Positions 12,601 to 26,033 of a stretch of 64,000 bases of DNA are shown one piece after another. Under the pieces are notes generated by a model that saw only the letters and a program-made list of their open reading frames with translations, was not told the DNA's origin and did not search any database. Source of the DNA: Trichosphaerium sp. ATCC 40318 (lineage: Eukaryota; Protista; Tubulinea); contig JALMLS010000487.1 in NCBI GenBank assembly GCA_038496445.1, positions 186,001-250,000 on the forward strand, read 5' to 3'. Made by a program: the position numbers and the translations under genes. How positions within the stretch are numbered: the first letter of the stretch is position 1; the number at the start of each line of letters is the position of its first letter.

Positions 12601-13308
12601 ATATCTGGATGATCACCTGATCGTACTGTGAAGTGTGAGAAACTCCATTGTATTATCACTGTACCTGCGTGATCAAAACAACATTCAGTGATATCTGCAT
12701 TGTTTTTGATCAGCAATTTAACTATATCAGTGTGTCCAGATAAAACTGATGAGTGTGAGTACTGTGTAGTTTACAAACAGAGTACCCGCCCGCAATAAAG
12801 CTGTATATCTGGAAAAATCTTGAGCGTTGATATTTACATTTGCATTTATCAACAGTTCAACAATATCTGCGTGTCCGTATGATACTGAGAAATGTGAGTA
12901 ATGTGATAAACACAATAATGCTGTACCTGCCATATGTAAAGCTGTCACTCCATTCTTTTCATGTACAGCTTCAATATTCGCTCCTGAATTTAAACACAGT
13001 GATGCAATACTTGGCAAACCATGTTGTGCTAAACTGGGTTGGTATGTATTAATGATTTTACTAATACCTGAAAATAGAAGAATTTCATTGGCTGTCTCTT
13101 GTTTGCGTAGCCTCCTCTTTAATTTATGAACTACAAATAGTTTGTAAACACATTTTATACTACCTTATTAAAGTGCACCTGTTGTAATATTGAAATATTG
13201 AAGTTCTTTCAATTCAGCTGTTGGTTCATTAAAAACTGTATGCATAATGTACGCACTAGTACCATTTATTTTTATATCCTCTGGGCTCTGGTCGGACTTG
13301 GACCACAT
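9601..13308 (-). CDS. Ankyrin-repeat protein with PARP-like ADP-ribosyltransferase domain and C-terminal coiled coil
   Basis: About 8 ankyrin repeats (GVTALHMA.SYGHADIVELLI); LMVHGT..AAESIVKAGF...DAGYYGQGIYFT..TYACAY, VTPGNVYP, YDELVV; heptad-repeat tail 9601-9870. 5' exons approximate. Confidence 0.82.
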
Positions 13309-14040
13309 TTTGCTACTCAAGTGTCCAATTTTTCTCTCGCGGTTAAGTTGTAAGTTTCGTTTTACCTTACCTTAATAAAAAAATGTGAATCAAAAAAGCC
13401 ATGGCCATTTTGAAATATCAATGTCTTTTGTTTCAATTTTCGTTCAGTTTTGTTACGTTCATGTTTCGCTTTTTCAGGTATCGCTTTTTTCAAAGACGAA
13501 TACGAGTGCGTTATCTAAATAAAATACTCACGCTCTAATATCACGTGGTAACTTTTTACGTGCCTGTTGACTTTTTTAGTACACGTGATAGCTCAACAAC
13601 CCTTTAGACGTTGTAAATATTAATTTTTGGGTTTGTACGTTGCGACTGTGGTGTCCTTTTCGCTAATAACCAGACGTCTTTTTATGGTCTACATTTTTCG
13701 CAATTTATTCGCTAAGCAAAACGGCACGTAGTAGTAGCAGTCTTGCTTTTGTACAGGATACGGGTTTTTGTGTACAAGAACACTGCTTTTTTTTTGTTCG
13801 AACTTTTTCGAACACTTTTCGAACATTTGATATGAGCCTTATTTCCAACGTGTAACTGCCCTTGAACATATACTAAGCACTCCCGGTACTTTCATGTGAA
13901 ATACGGTCCGACCGAACCAATATTTCCTTAGGTGACGCTAGCAACATAATGTCCGTTTTTGAGCAATCCAGTTTGGAAGAGAAACTGTATCATAATTTGT
14001 AATCTCCCTGGCGAGGTATCATTTTATGGTACCACTACGC

Positions 14041-14213
14041 TTCTTGTTGCGTTCACAAACAGTAACCAAGGCTACGAAATTATGGTCTTTCTGTAGCGCT
14101 ACAGATACTTCAAGCTAATATCTCAGTACGACAGTTGTATGTTATCAAGATATGTCTCTCACACGTACCATAGCGCTCAGTGGTTTAGACGACGAAACGG
14201 AAGGCTGTGACTT
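14041..14213 (+). pseudogene. Inverted, frameshifted duplicate of an exon segment of the LRR-BTB gene (25381-25551)
   Basis: About 160 nt align to the reverse complement of 25381-25540 with about 6 substitutions and a 1-nt insertion (counted by eye). Confidence 0.85.
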
Positions 14214-14328
14214 TGTCATAACCACAAGTTTACTCTAGAATGCTCTTTTTTTTTATTTTTTTGTTATTATTCTTTGTTAAGTTAAAAATTGTAACATAGT
14301 TTGGAAGGTGAGTAGTGTATACACAAGA

Positions 14329-17300
14329 CTAAGCAAAGGCGCCTTCAAGGTACTCAGCCATTTCTCTTTTGTGTTGCGCTGTTGAAGCACAAGCAGGAGA
14401 TGCAGCAACATGACGTCCTACAAGCAAAAGTGAGTAAAATAAATCAATCGAAAAATGCGGGAGTTAGGTTTTCTTTTTTTGAGTTTCCTACACGTACCCA
14501 TGTAACTGATATTGGCACGTTCTGGTTTTTTACTATCACGAAGAGCGGAGTCAATATGAGGCTTGATGTATGTCCAGGCACCCATATTCTTTGGTTCTAA
14601 AAAGCACAAAGTAAGTAAAAGAAAAACAAAGAAAAACAAGTTAAAAAAAAAAAAATCCAAAGACGGTCGGTTGTAGTACCTTCTTGAACCCACATGAACT
14701 CAGCGTTGGCGTATTTGTCACCAATATTTGTTACCTTTGTAAAGTGGAAAGGACATAGTTGCTCAATACGAACAAGTGCAACATCGTTAATATTATTCTT
14801 TTGGCGGTAGTTATGTAAATCGTAAAATACTTTTCCAGTACAGAAGATAACACGTCTAATCTTATCTGCAGGTGCAAGAGCTTCATGCTTGACGCTACCA
14901 GGGCCAACAGAATCATCAATAACATGGCTAAAGAAAACAAAAGTCAGTACAACTCCAAGACTAATCACAAGAACTTCGAAGAAGAAATTAAGACTTACAA
15001 AAATTTGGTGTCATCACCAATGTCGTCAAACTCATCAAGGCGAGAAGTAGCTGTACGTAAGATACTCTTATGTGTAAATACAATCAAAGGTTTTCTATAT
15101 TCACGGTGTACTTGTCTACGAAGAGCATGGAAGTAATTAGCTGGGCAAGAGCAGTTTACAACACCCATGTTGTACAACTAAGAAAAGGGTTAGTAACTGT
15201 ATTGGCAATCCATGCTTATAAACAACGTACTTGACCAATATTCTTCTCTTGTGGATCAGGTTTGAATTCAGGATCGGAATCGCATAATTGAAGGAAACGT
15301 TCAACACGTGCAGAAGAGTGCTCAGGACCCATACCTTTAAAGAAAATTTTGAGAAACAGAATATCAAAAAAAAGAAGTCTTGAAAGTTGACACGTTGTGA
15401 TCAGGATATCATCGTACCTTCGTAACCATGTGGTAGTAGTAAAACGAGACCGCTTTGACGGTACCATTTAGCTTCTCCAGCAGATAGAAATTGATCAATA
15501 ATGACCTGAGCGCCGTTTGCGAAATCACCGAACTGTGCTTCCCAAATGACAAGTTGCTTTGGTGATACTGCAGAGTAACCCAAAGAAAATCTATAAACAC
15601 AAGTATTAGGAACAAGACACTGAATACATTACCACAGAGGTGCATAATTTTAACCAAAATTAAAGTGATAAACGTACCCAAGGCAACCAAATTCAGATAG
15701 TGCGCTGTTAGCAACAACCAAGTTTTCTTTCTTGTCTGGTGTATTTTCAAGAGGTGTTATAAGGTTCCCTGTTTTTTGATCGTGTACAACAGCATGCCTA
15801 TGAGCAAAGGTACCACGCTCACAATCCTGGCCTTAACAAAGCGTAAGTGTTAAATAAACCAAGGTCTTCAAAAAACCAAAAAAACAATAGAAATGAAAGC
15901 AGTACCAGAAAGATGCACGTGTACACCGTCTTGTAATAATGTAGAAAATGCAAGAGCTTCAGCGAAACCAAAATCAATATTTTGACCAGATTCAATGTTT
16001 GTCAACCTAAGGAAGGAGTAAGGCAAATAAAAAACTAGGTCTAACAAAAAAAGGCTTAAGCAAAAAGTTCCTTCTATGAACTCTAAAAACATAAACGTTG
16101 GTTGGTGACCTGTGTACCTGCTGGCGTATACGCGCTTAATCCTTGAGTGTGGACTGAAATCTTGTGGAATAGTAGATATGGCTTTACCAACTTGTTTTAA
16201 TCGCTCAATATTGACACCAGTAGTTTTAATTTCAGCCTTGCTCTCTGGCGCTATTTTATCGTCAGTATGAAGCAAAAAAAAGCACTATGCCTGTAATGAC
16301 AAATTACGGCACAGGAGGAGTACGTCAATCAATAATTTGTCATTACACATTCAAAGTAGTTCGTTTTGTCAACGTACATTTAAAGTCTTTCCATTTAGAT
16401 TCTAACCAATCGCTCAGTTTGAATGAAGATTGTTCCTTAGCTTCTTGGTGTGCATTGTTAAGTTTTGTGTGAATATTCTTCTTGAGGTTAGAAACTTCTT
16501 CTTCAGAAATCATGCCTAGAAACCAGTTAACAATTACTCTTCCCAAAAAATATAACAGCAAATTGAAAAACTTTTCTGATCGAGGTACCTTCATCAACCA
16601 ATTGTTGAGCATACTTCTTAGCTACGGATATGTGCTTGTGAATCTTTGAGTACCTATTATTGATTAATACAACAACATATCACTCAAAGATAAAACAAGC
16701 CAAAAGAAACTTGTGGATTTTGCGTACATCATTGGTTGTGTGAACATAGGTTCGTCACCTTCATTGTGACCAAATCGTCTGAAAGCGAGTTAAAGCACAA
16801 CGCGGGGAAATTAATAAACACATACCTGTAACCGACAATATCAATAACGGCGTCTGTTTTAAACTTTGTACGCCAAGCTACAGCGAGTTTGAAACAATGA
16901 ATGACGGCTTCAGGGTTGTCTGCATTTACATGGAAAATTGGAGCCTCTGCAGACTTTACAACATCTGTACAGTACTAGTGAAACAAATTAACCGAACAAT
17001 TACAAAAGAAAGTAAGAATAAAATGCAAAAAGATTTCTAGCGAAGAATGGTTTCGATCCATTGACCTTTGGGTTATGGGCCCAACACGCTCCCTGCTGCG
17101 CCACTTCGCTTTTTACGTTGTAAAACATAGCCGTAAAAACGTAGTCTTTCAAAATTAATAGATAGACCCACGTTGACTCTGCGTATCCAAATAATTTGCG
17201 TCTCTCAACTCTCAAAAAACATTGCGTACGTTTCCTCCTCGAGCATCAGTTGTATCTGTAGTGAAACCAATCTGGTTGTTTACAATAATGTGTATTGTAC

Positions 17301-19434
17301 CGCCTGTATTGAATTTTTTTGTTTGTGTAATGTTCATGACTTCATAAACGACACCCTAAGCAAATCAACATCTCTGACATTGGCGTTTTGTTGTTTTATG
17401 AAAATAATAAATAACCAGTTACAATACCTGTCCTGCAAAAGCTGCGTCTCCGTGAATTAGAACACTCATTACTTCAGAACCATCTGTATCCCCACGCCAA
17501 TATTGTTTTGCTTTGGCCTTACCCTCAACCAATGGGTTGACAGCTTCCAAGTGAGAAGGATTAGAAGCCAATGAGATGTGAATCTAAACCCTTTAATAAA
17601 TAACATGCGAAACAAGAATATGGTTTACAACACGCAAATACGTACGTGTCCTTTGTTGTCACGTGTTGGTCTATTGTATGATGCACCCAAGTGATACTTT
17701 ACATCACCGCCTTCCTCAATACTACCATAACCACCTCTGTCAATTGAACCCTCTTTGAATTCATAAAAGATTTGTTTATGTGGTTTTCTGACAACATTAG
17801 CCAAAACGTTGAGACGACCTACAAAAAAACAAAAGTTACGTTAAGCGAAAACTCAAAAAATCCAAAAAAAAAAATGAATAAAATATCCCTCATACCTCTG
17901 TGTGACATTCCGATTACAATTTCTTTTACGCCAGCATCTGCTGCTTCATCAATCATAGTTTTCATACCAGGTATCAATACCTCAGATCCATCAACACCAA
18001 AGCTAAGCCGACAGTTAGTAAAAAAATAAAGAAAAAAACCATACTCAAACAAAATGCGTGGTTTTTATGCTTAGCTTACCGTTTTGCGTTTCCGTATTTA
18101 ATACCAATATACTGTTCAAACTCAGTAGCCCACATGAGCCTGTCCAAGAGATTAAGCTTGTCAGCTTTCGAAAATTCATAAGGTTTATCCTTTTCAATTT
18201 GTTGACGGATAAAATTACACTTAAGACGGCTGTTAATATGCATGTACTCATATCCAATATCGCCAGCATAACTAAAACGTGATAAGTACAAACCAGCGAA
18301 CGAAAAAAAAAAAATCGCATACCAGCGCTTTAGGAGCTGTAGAATTTCTCTCATTGTCTTTTTACCGCCAGTAAGGTATCCTGTCATGTTACCTGTCACT
18401 GGTAAATCAAATGTACGGTCAAGGTCTTGCTCAGAGAACTCATAGTAGTCATATTTGAGCTCTGGAGGTTCTGTACGCTCCATTAAACCCAAAGGATCGA
18501 TATTAGCCACAAGATGGCCCCTTTTGACGTGTTAGATAGTAGAAAACGTGGGTAGAGTATGTGGGGCTTGCTAGAGAGAAAATACAAATATCAAAAGGTC
18601 ATTGGTCTGATTTTTCTCGTTTTCTCAATTTCGTATTTTTCAAAAGCCTTTAAATCGTCTGGTTTAGTACGTACGCTACCTGCCAACCTCTGACGAGATT
18701 TGAGAGTCTAAGAGTTTGTGCTACGGACTCTTTTGATGGACCATATTGTGCTGGGACTAGTGTTATGCTTGTGAGTTCTTTTTCGTTGTGTAATTAAATA
18801 TAAAATGCCCTTGTTTGAACCGCGAACTATGTGTATGGTTTCATGCGCAAGGCGACAAGGGGAAAGAAAAATACAAAGTAGCGTCGTAAACGAGGATTTC
18901 TTTTTCGTACCATATCCTTGTGCTGCTGTTGGAGGTGTTGCGACTGCTTGGCCTGGCTTTGCTCCTTTTTGTACTGCGCTGTAAGAAGTTTAGTAGGAGT
19001 CAGTCTGTTTTAACCGTCATTTGAAGTCGCAACGAGCGCAAACGTTGTTTTACGCTCGGTAGACGATCAATTTTTGTGGTACAAGCGAAATTACCCAAAT
19101 AAAAATAATACTCACTCGAAGAACGCTGCCCATGAGCTATGGACTGATTTGGTGTCTTCTTGCCAACTCTCATACATGGCGTCGACATACGCTCCGTTCG
19201 TTCCGCTTAAAAAGGATTCCGACAGTTCTTCTGTTGAAGACTACGGTCAATCAGCAACATTTAGCGCACAATCGATGTACTTACCGGGGAAGGAGCTTTA
19301 GTGCAGTATGTCTGTATTTTTGTAGGAGATAGTACTGTATTATAGCGACTAGGGCCTGTTTGCCTCGTTTTGGCTATTGTTGCTCGCTTGAACCTAGAGG
19401 GAGCCTGTCGCGTACAAACCCGTCTAATGAACAT
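14329..19434 (-). CDS. OGDH: 2-oxoglutarate dehydrogenase E1, mitochondrial
   Basis: Arg-rich presequence, [109 protein letters not shown]. Confidence 0.97.
17038..17110 (-). tRNA. tRNA-iMet: Initiator tRNA-Met (CAT), inside OGDH intron 16975-17229
   Basis: Sequence identical to 314-386, with shared flanks. Confidence 0.97.
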
Positions 19435-19740
19435 TGTACGTATTTAGTTGTTCAAAGATCGAAACGCGAGATTGTAGTGCTTTGACTTTTTCGTGACTTT
19501 ACCCGCATTCACGGAGACTGCGTTTAGCGAGTTTATCCTACCCTCAAATTCATAAACTCAGCAACAACAACAAAAAAAAAGAGTCAAATAGAACAACGTG
19601 CTCCATTTCAAGCTAGTCTTTGCAACAAAAGTTAGTAATTCTATGAAAGGATACGTCACATCGGGTTTAAAAAAAGCACCTGTGCAGCGTTACTACTGCA
19701 CAGTGATGGATACATTATGATTCTTTTTTGATTACTTTAT

Positions 19741-21101
19741 CTCCTACACCCTAACAAAAAAAATCTTCACCCTAATTAAGTTTGGATGTCAACTGTGGTG
19801 CTAAAATATTTTCAAATGACCTAATATTTTTTTTCGCCATAGATATAATGTCTGTCTTGCTGTAGTACCAATGACAAACGTTACGGTGTGTATGATGGCC
19901 TGTTAATTACCTGACAGTAAAAGTACCAACCTTTCGTTTTCGCGTTTTTTTGGACTCAAGAAGTGTACCTACGTAATAATTAAACAGTTTTCTCAAATGC
20001 CAAAATAGTATAAAGGCTCAAAAGTGCTTCAATTAAAAAAAATTAGTTAAACACACCTGCAAAAGTGCTGTTGTAAAAATGAACTGATTCAATAAAAAAA
20101 AACCCACTTAACATGTACCTTGATAAATAATGGGGTTTATACTTTTATCACAATCTCGCAATATGGTTTGTATTACTTTCACAAATGGTAAAAGCATGGT
20201 ATTGGTGAAGAAAACCAGCATTACTTACTTGAACACTTTTTTGGTTGCCCATATTACATGTCATATTTTGTGCAATGCAAGTTAATGACATTTCAGGTTT
20301 TAGGTGTACTAACACTTAATATATATGTTAAGCATGTTGTAGAGTTTTAGGGTGGTAGGACTTTTTGAAAGTCAGTATAGTGTATGACAACACAAAAAAA
20401 CCAAAAAAAAAGTTGTTTTCAGATATTCATGATTAAGCTGTTCAATTCAGTGATAATTACCCACAACATCATTTTTTTACTCACCATATATGGTTTCTGT
20501 GGCTATAGTTGAAGATAACAAATTACAAGTGAAACAAAGACTTGTATTCACTAAGTAATATGATATGAATTTTTTTATTTTTGAAAGATACAAGTCGCAT
20601 TTGTCATCACTATTGCTATAAATTACACTGTGCAATACCACACATATTGACTATCACCATGAAAAGTGTGGGATGGTCGATTAGCTCTTGAGGTATTTAT
20701 ATCGAAAAATCTCTTGTGTCCATTAGTACAGAATATTGGAATTTATCAATTACACAAGGCTCGACAAGCTTAAAACTAATCTCAATATATGACAAATAGC
20801 ATTGGGTGACACTTCAGTAATTTAAACACTTTTCAAAGCTTGTGTAATCGTTAATTTTGGGAACTCGCTTTTTCTTCATTCTTTGCGCCACAAACTAACG
20901 TTTTCTGCGTTTTACACGCAAAAAATGTCATTTAAAGGTACTTTGTATACACTTTGTTCATATTTAGGTACAAGTAACTTAAACGCTAATTTTATTACTT
21001 ACAACAATGACTACACAGCGTTTCTGTACGTGTTAAAGCTACGAAATAGCGTTTAGTGAAAAAGTGTTAGGGTGAAGATTTTTTTTGTTAGGATGAGGGA
21101 G
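19741..21101. mobile_element. Decayed Tc1/mariner-like DNA transposon, about 1.36 kb
   Basis: 35-bp TIRs (19741-19775 and 21067-21101, 3 mismatches); right end reads CTCCCTC as in mariner/Stowaway termini; mariner-like length; AT-rich interior with no ORF of 60 aa or more; TA target-site duplication not intact. Confidence 0.7.
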
Positions 21102-21228
21102 TTTATTGGTTTTTTTTTATCAATATTCATACTTCGCTCCACAAAGAAGGGTTTAAAAAATTGCTTAGTATGCTTTACAAAATTTCCTTGTAGAGGTTTA
21201 TAGGTACAGTATTTTTCTTTTGATGCGT

Positions 21229-22797
21229 CTAGTCTAGTCGCCGTACGAGTTTCTTCATCTAGAAGGAAATGTCAAACCAGGTCTATTTCACGTTTCAGGT
21301 AATTAACGTACCTGCTCCCAAAATACAAATGTACAAACTGTGTGTGGTCCTAGACGCAAGTAATGTGTAAATGTTCCTTTATACAGTCCCAAAATTGATT
21401 CTGCTTTTATAGTTTTTATTAAACAATCGAACGGATGTCTGTAAAATCAAGTTAACCAATCAAACTAATAAATGTGACTTACTTATAAAGTTGTCCAACA
21501 CCATTTACCACAGGTTGATTATACAAACGTGTGCAAACCTACACTATACGTAAGAGACATAAAAACTTTCTGGAAAGCGTTTTTCAGAGAGACCTGAATT
21601 AGGTAAACCACGTACAACATCAACTGGATTCATGGCTAATACTACAGCTACACTAGCAACTAGTGATGAAGCAAGATGTAGTGGAAAGGCATCGTGAAGC
21701 CAACCTTTTATAACGTAAGTACAATATTCTTACATGTAGAAAAACGCGCCTGCATTATAAATTGATCTTTTAACGCCATCGTAAGATGACAGCTATGTAA
21801 CCAAAAGTTAGTTTCTGCTAATTCCCATAAAAAAAAGTTTTGTTAACGTACTTGTACAGCAGAACCTACAGATACACGTAGCATGGCACCATCAGCCCCT
21901 CTCCAAAGACCCTTAGTTAATAATAAGTATTGATTTTGGTAGGTATTAGCATACTAGTAGGCCGTCTTTTTTAAAGATCTCACTAAGTGCTTGAAATGTA
22001 CCAGTGTACTTATGTTGATGTCCAACAGCAACATTTGTAGATGCTGACTGCAACCTTACCTACGTAATTGTTATACTGGGACGATTTCAATGCTAATTAT
22101 ACCTTGACTAAGTATAACGGGCTTCCTACAAATGCACCAAGCGCACCACCGATAGCACCTTAATAAAATGTCACATTTTGACACTTTACAGAAATTTTGA
22201 CATTACAATTCTCGTTGAAACAAAAAGGTGTTTATATCGCTACCAAAAAATATCTATGCTTGAAACGTACCAGCTGCGAGGTTTTTAGGTAAATACCAAG
22301 AGCAGTTTGGCTCCAACATTCCAAACTTTTCTTTTAAAAACGGGTATACGCTCAATCGCACGCCATTCATACTAACCTTACGTTTTTGTGAGTTAGGAAA
22401 TAAAAAGTCTATTTTTCCGTACTTGGTAGAACATTGCTGGTCCAAGCCCCTTTTGTATAGCGCTGATCCCTTCTTTTTTTACTATTGTCCATCCAGCGTG
22501 GAGTGGACCTATTTTGGTGTTATTATTTACTAAATCACAATCTTTGAGCGTTTGTACCTTTGTAAACGCGTACCGCTCCCTTGGAAAGCTCTCCTTGTAA
22601 TTGTAGTCTTGTTTTAATAACTTCAAAAGGATTACTAAACATACAAGCGCCAGCAGTGGCTGCACCAGCTGTAAAAAATCCTTTGAAGCGTTAAAAAGGT
22701 ATTTGAAGCGTAGAATTATTCGTTGAGCAAGCTATGAGCCAAATAGCGTACCAGACTGAACAAATCGCTTCCAATATGGTTTGTGTATGGTTGACAT
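21229..22797 (-). CDS. Mitochondrial carrier, OAC1/SLC25A34-35 (oxaloacetate carrier)-like
   Basis: [67 protein letters not shown]. Last exon approximate. Confidence 0.9.
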
Positions 22798-22979
22798 TAT
22801 TATTCAGGCGTTGTAACGCTAATTTGGTATTTGAATTGTCTTACGCCTTTACACTACGCCTTTTCGGTACCCATTCACGAATTTCGTTACCTCAGTGACT
22901 TCACGCTCCAATAAACCCACAATTCTTTGAGTCAGCATACAGTACTTTCATAGACTTGGAGCCATTTTGGATGGTGAAC

Positions 22980-25870
22980 TCACCTCATGCCTTCATTCTT
23001 CCTTTTTCGGGCTCTTTCGGCAGTTCTTTTAGCCGGCCTTATTCTAGTAAACTTATGTTAAAGTGGAAGAGAACAAGAGTATTATGTATGGTTATAGTTA
23101 CAGTTTATTTATGGTACATTTTTTTTATGTTTATTTTTGTGTGTTGTTTAAAAAAAGATGCCGGTTTGGGCGTTAAGTGTGGTAGGTGTGAAAGCGTTTG
23201 GATCTTGTGGTGCTTTAAATACGAAAGGAACGTTGTTCTCAGGTAAATGAGACGCAATTTTTGAGGCTTCTGAAGATACACCAAAGTCAACTAAAATGGG
23301 GTAAGTGAATGAACCAAAAATAATAATTTTTGAGAGACGTACATTTTGGCATGACATCATCGCTCTTATCGTATCTTTGTGTTTTATTTTTGATTAATAG
23401 ATTAGCATCAGCTATCTTCCTTTTGCTACTTGTTTCATTTGATGCACGTGCTAAGAGGTTACTTCTTCTTATCCAGACTTTATTGGCATCTGCTATCTTT
23501 GTACGAGCAGTAAAGTACTCTCTTGTTATAGCTGCCTTATGCCTATCTTGCATAACACTATTTAATTTATATGTTGCTTCATTAGACTTGAACATTTCAG
23601 CTGCTTTAACATCTTCTTCCTGAGAATAAAATAAGAAACGGTCAAGAAGGAAAAACCAATAGAACGTACCTCACAACCAGAGTCTACCAAGAATTTTGTG
23701 ACTTTAGATTCCAGTGATTTAAAAGAATGTAGTTTAGAAATAAGCAAAATCTCAACTGCGTTCACAGTTGTTATTTCTTGCTCAAGCAAATTTACGCAAT
23801 ATTTTTGTAGGCCAAGCAATGAAAGCATTCCAGCAATATAAGCGACTTCGCCCAAGTCTGGTAATGTAACATATAGACAGTTACCATAAATGAACGATAG
23901 AACACTATTGAAAGCGCTTTTTGTGAACATTTCTGGTAGTACGAGCTCATTCTGTTTGCTCTCAACGAAGTAATCTAACCGAAAAAATTTAGTTTTCTTC
24001 AAAACAACGAAAAAAAAGAGAAAACGTACCACTGCTCATTAGCTTAGAGAAAAAATCTGACCTTGCCATCAATACAGACTTGTGTACTTTAATTGTATCT
24101 CCATTACTAAATCGTAGTGTGTAATCAGTGAAGAGATCGCATCTGGCCAAGAAAGTCATATGAGATGAAAGTAATGTATCAATTGCAGAGTGTAATCCAT
24201 TTTTACAAAGTTTCTGTTGAACAGGATTTAACCATTCAATGTAATCGTTCTCTACACGAAGAATACATGAGTATAAAATCAAATTACTTAACAATAGTTT
24301 CATTAACGTACCAACAGGAATTTCGGCTGTGTGGTTACTACTAAAGTGGCTAAAGCCGCTGTATACATAAGTCATAAGTCGTTCAAAACAGTCAGCTGAA
24401 ATATCTTCTTTTGGCTCAATATGAGATGGAACATCATCTGTTAAACAAGATTAGTATAAGGTGTACACTGTTTAAATTAACATTACCATCGCTCCAGTCA
24501 ATACCAAGTAGTTTAGGGTTATACGTAAGTCGTCTAGCGTATAGAATACATTTGTTAAGATAAAATACTGTATCACCAACTTTGACTGTTATATCGCTAT
24601 ACTGTCTCTGATTGAATAAAGTGAAGTAATCACCACCGATATTTTGCATATGGCTCACTACCAAAAAAATAACACGTGAGTGATAACGCACGCCAAAAAA
24701 AAAAAGTGTTTGCATGCAAAAAAACTTACTTGGTCTATCTCTTTTCGCATCCCATTTACCGCGAATCTGGCATTTCTTAAAAGAGAAGTGCTCGCTGCAC
24801 TCAGAATAATTTGGTAATCGATTAATAACGCAAGGAACTTTTGCAGTCGATGGACAACTAACTCTTGTTAATTTCTTTAAACGACCTAAAAACAACTCAA
24901 AGTTAGTATTGCAAGTTCACTCAAAGTGCAGAATTCTCATTCAAAAAAGCGTCCTCGACGTACCAATTGTCGCCGGTAATTCTATTAGGCCGCTGTATAT
25001 GAGTAATTCTGTCAGATTAGATAAACGGCCGATTGAAAGCGGTAAATAATGTAAACTCTTCTCCTCGATCATTAGATATTCAAGATTGACTAACAAACCA
25101 ATACGTATGTCCAAAGACGTCTATCGAGCGAATGTAAGCGCACGTAAAATGTTAAACGGTTCTGAGAAAGTACGTACAAGATTGTTCTGACGCAGTTTCA
25201 GGCCCGTTAGCTGCGTTAAGAGGAAAAGAGACTAAAAAAGAGTTACGTGGTGACGGGTTTGAATGTTTTAATAAACGTACGGGTGGCAGTTCGTTTAGCA
25301 TCTTCATATTAACGATTGAGAGCTTTTTGATGTGACCAAGGCGGTTGCGATACATTCGAAAAAACGTTTCTAAGATTTCCAAGTCACAGCCTTCCGTTTC
25401 GTCGTCTAAGCCACTGAGCGCTATGGTACGTATTAGAGACAATCTTGATAACATACAACTGTCGTACTCAGATATTGGCTTGAAGTATCTGTAGCGCTAC
25501 AGAAAGACCATAATTTCATAGCCTTGGTTACTGTTTGTATGCGCCATAAGAGGTGAGGTTTTTCGTTCACTTGTTGCATCGCTGGTTGAGTTCTGAAAAA
25601 ATGGCATTGCTCGTTAATCAAACCTCATTCAAAGAAAATAAAAAGACATTCGTTCCGTTCAACCCGGCGTAAGGCTTCAACACCATATAGACATCAATAA
25701 GATGCTTGTCAGAATTGTTTCAGATTTTTCCGTCGATTCTAATAAAGGAGGGTATAAACCAAAATTGTCACTTTCTAAGAAGCCTGGTACGCCAATGCCC
25801 TTCGTTCTCGCGGGTAACAACATTTTCACTTGTCTAAAATGAATTAACAGCAACTTTATACTGTGGCCAT
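22980..25870 (-). CDS. LRR + tandem BTB/POZ domain protein
   Basis: LRR segments (LHYLPLSIGRLSNLTEL) and BTB starts YSDITVKVGDTVFYLNKCILYAR and FTDYTLRFSNGDTIKVHKSVLMARSDFF. Both ends uncertain. Confidence 0.72.
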
Positions 25871-26033
25871 CTGTTAAAAGAACTATATTCTGTTAAAGTA
25901 GCTACGGAACTGGTGCAATTTGCTAAAGGTATAAACGGTTTAGCAATGACAAGTAATACAATATACAATGGTTATTATTTAAAGTTATTTCTGTACAAGT
26001 TGGAAGATGACAATAATTCAAAGGGGTGTCACA

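Noticed and set aside
13797-13825. Three TTCGAA palindromes, possible heat-shock element
   Set aside because: Spacing does not fit nGAAnnTTCn arrays.
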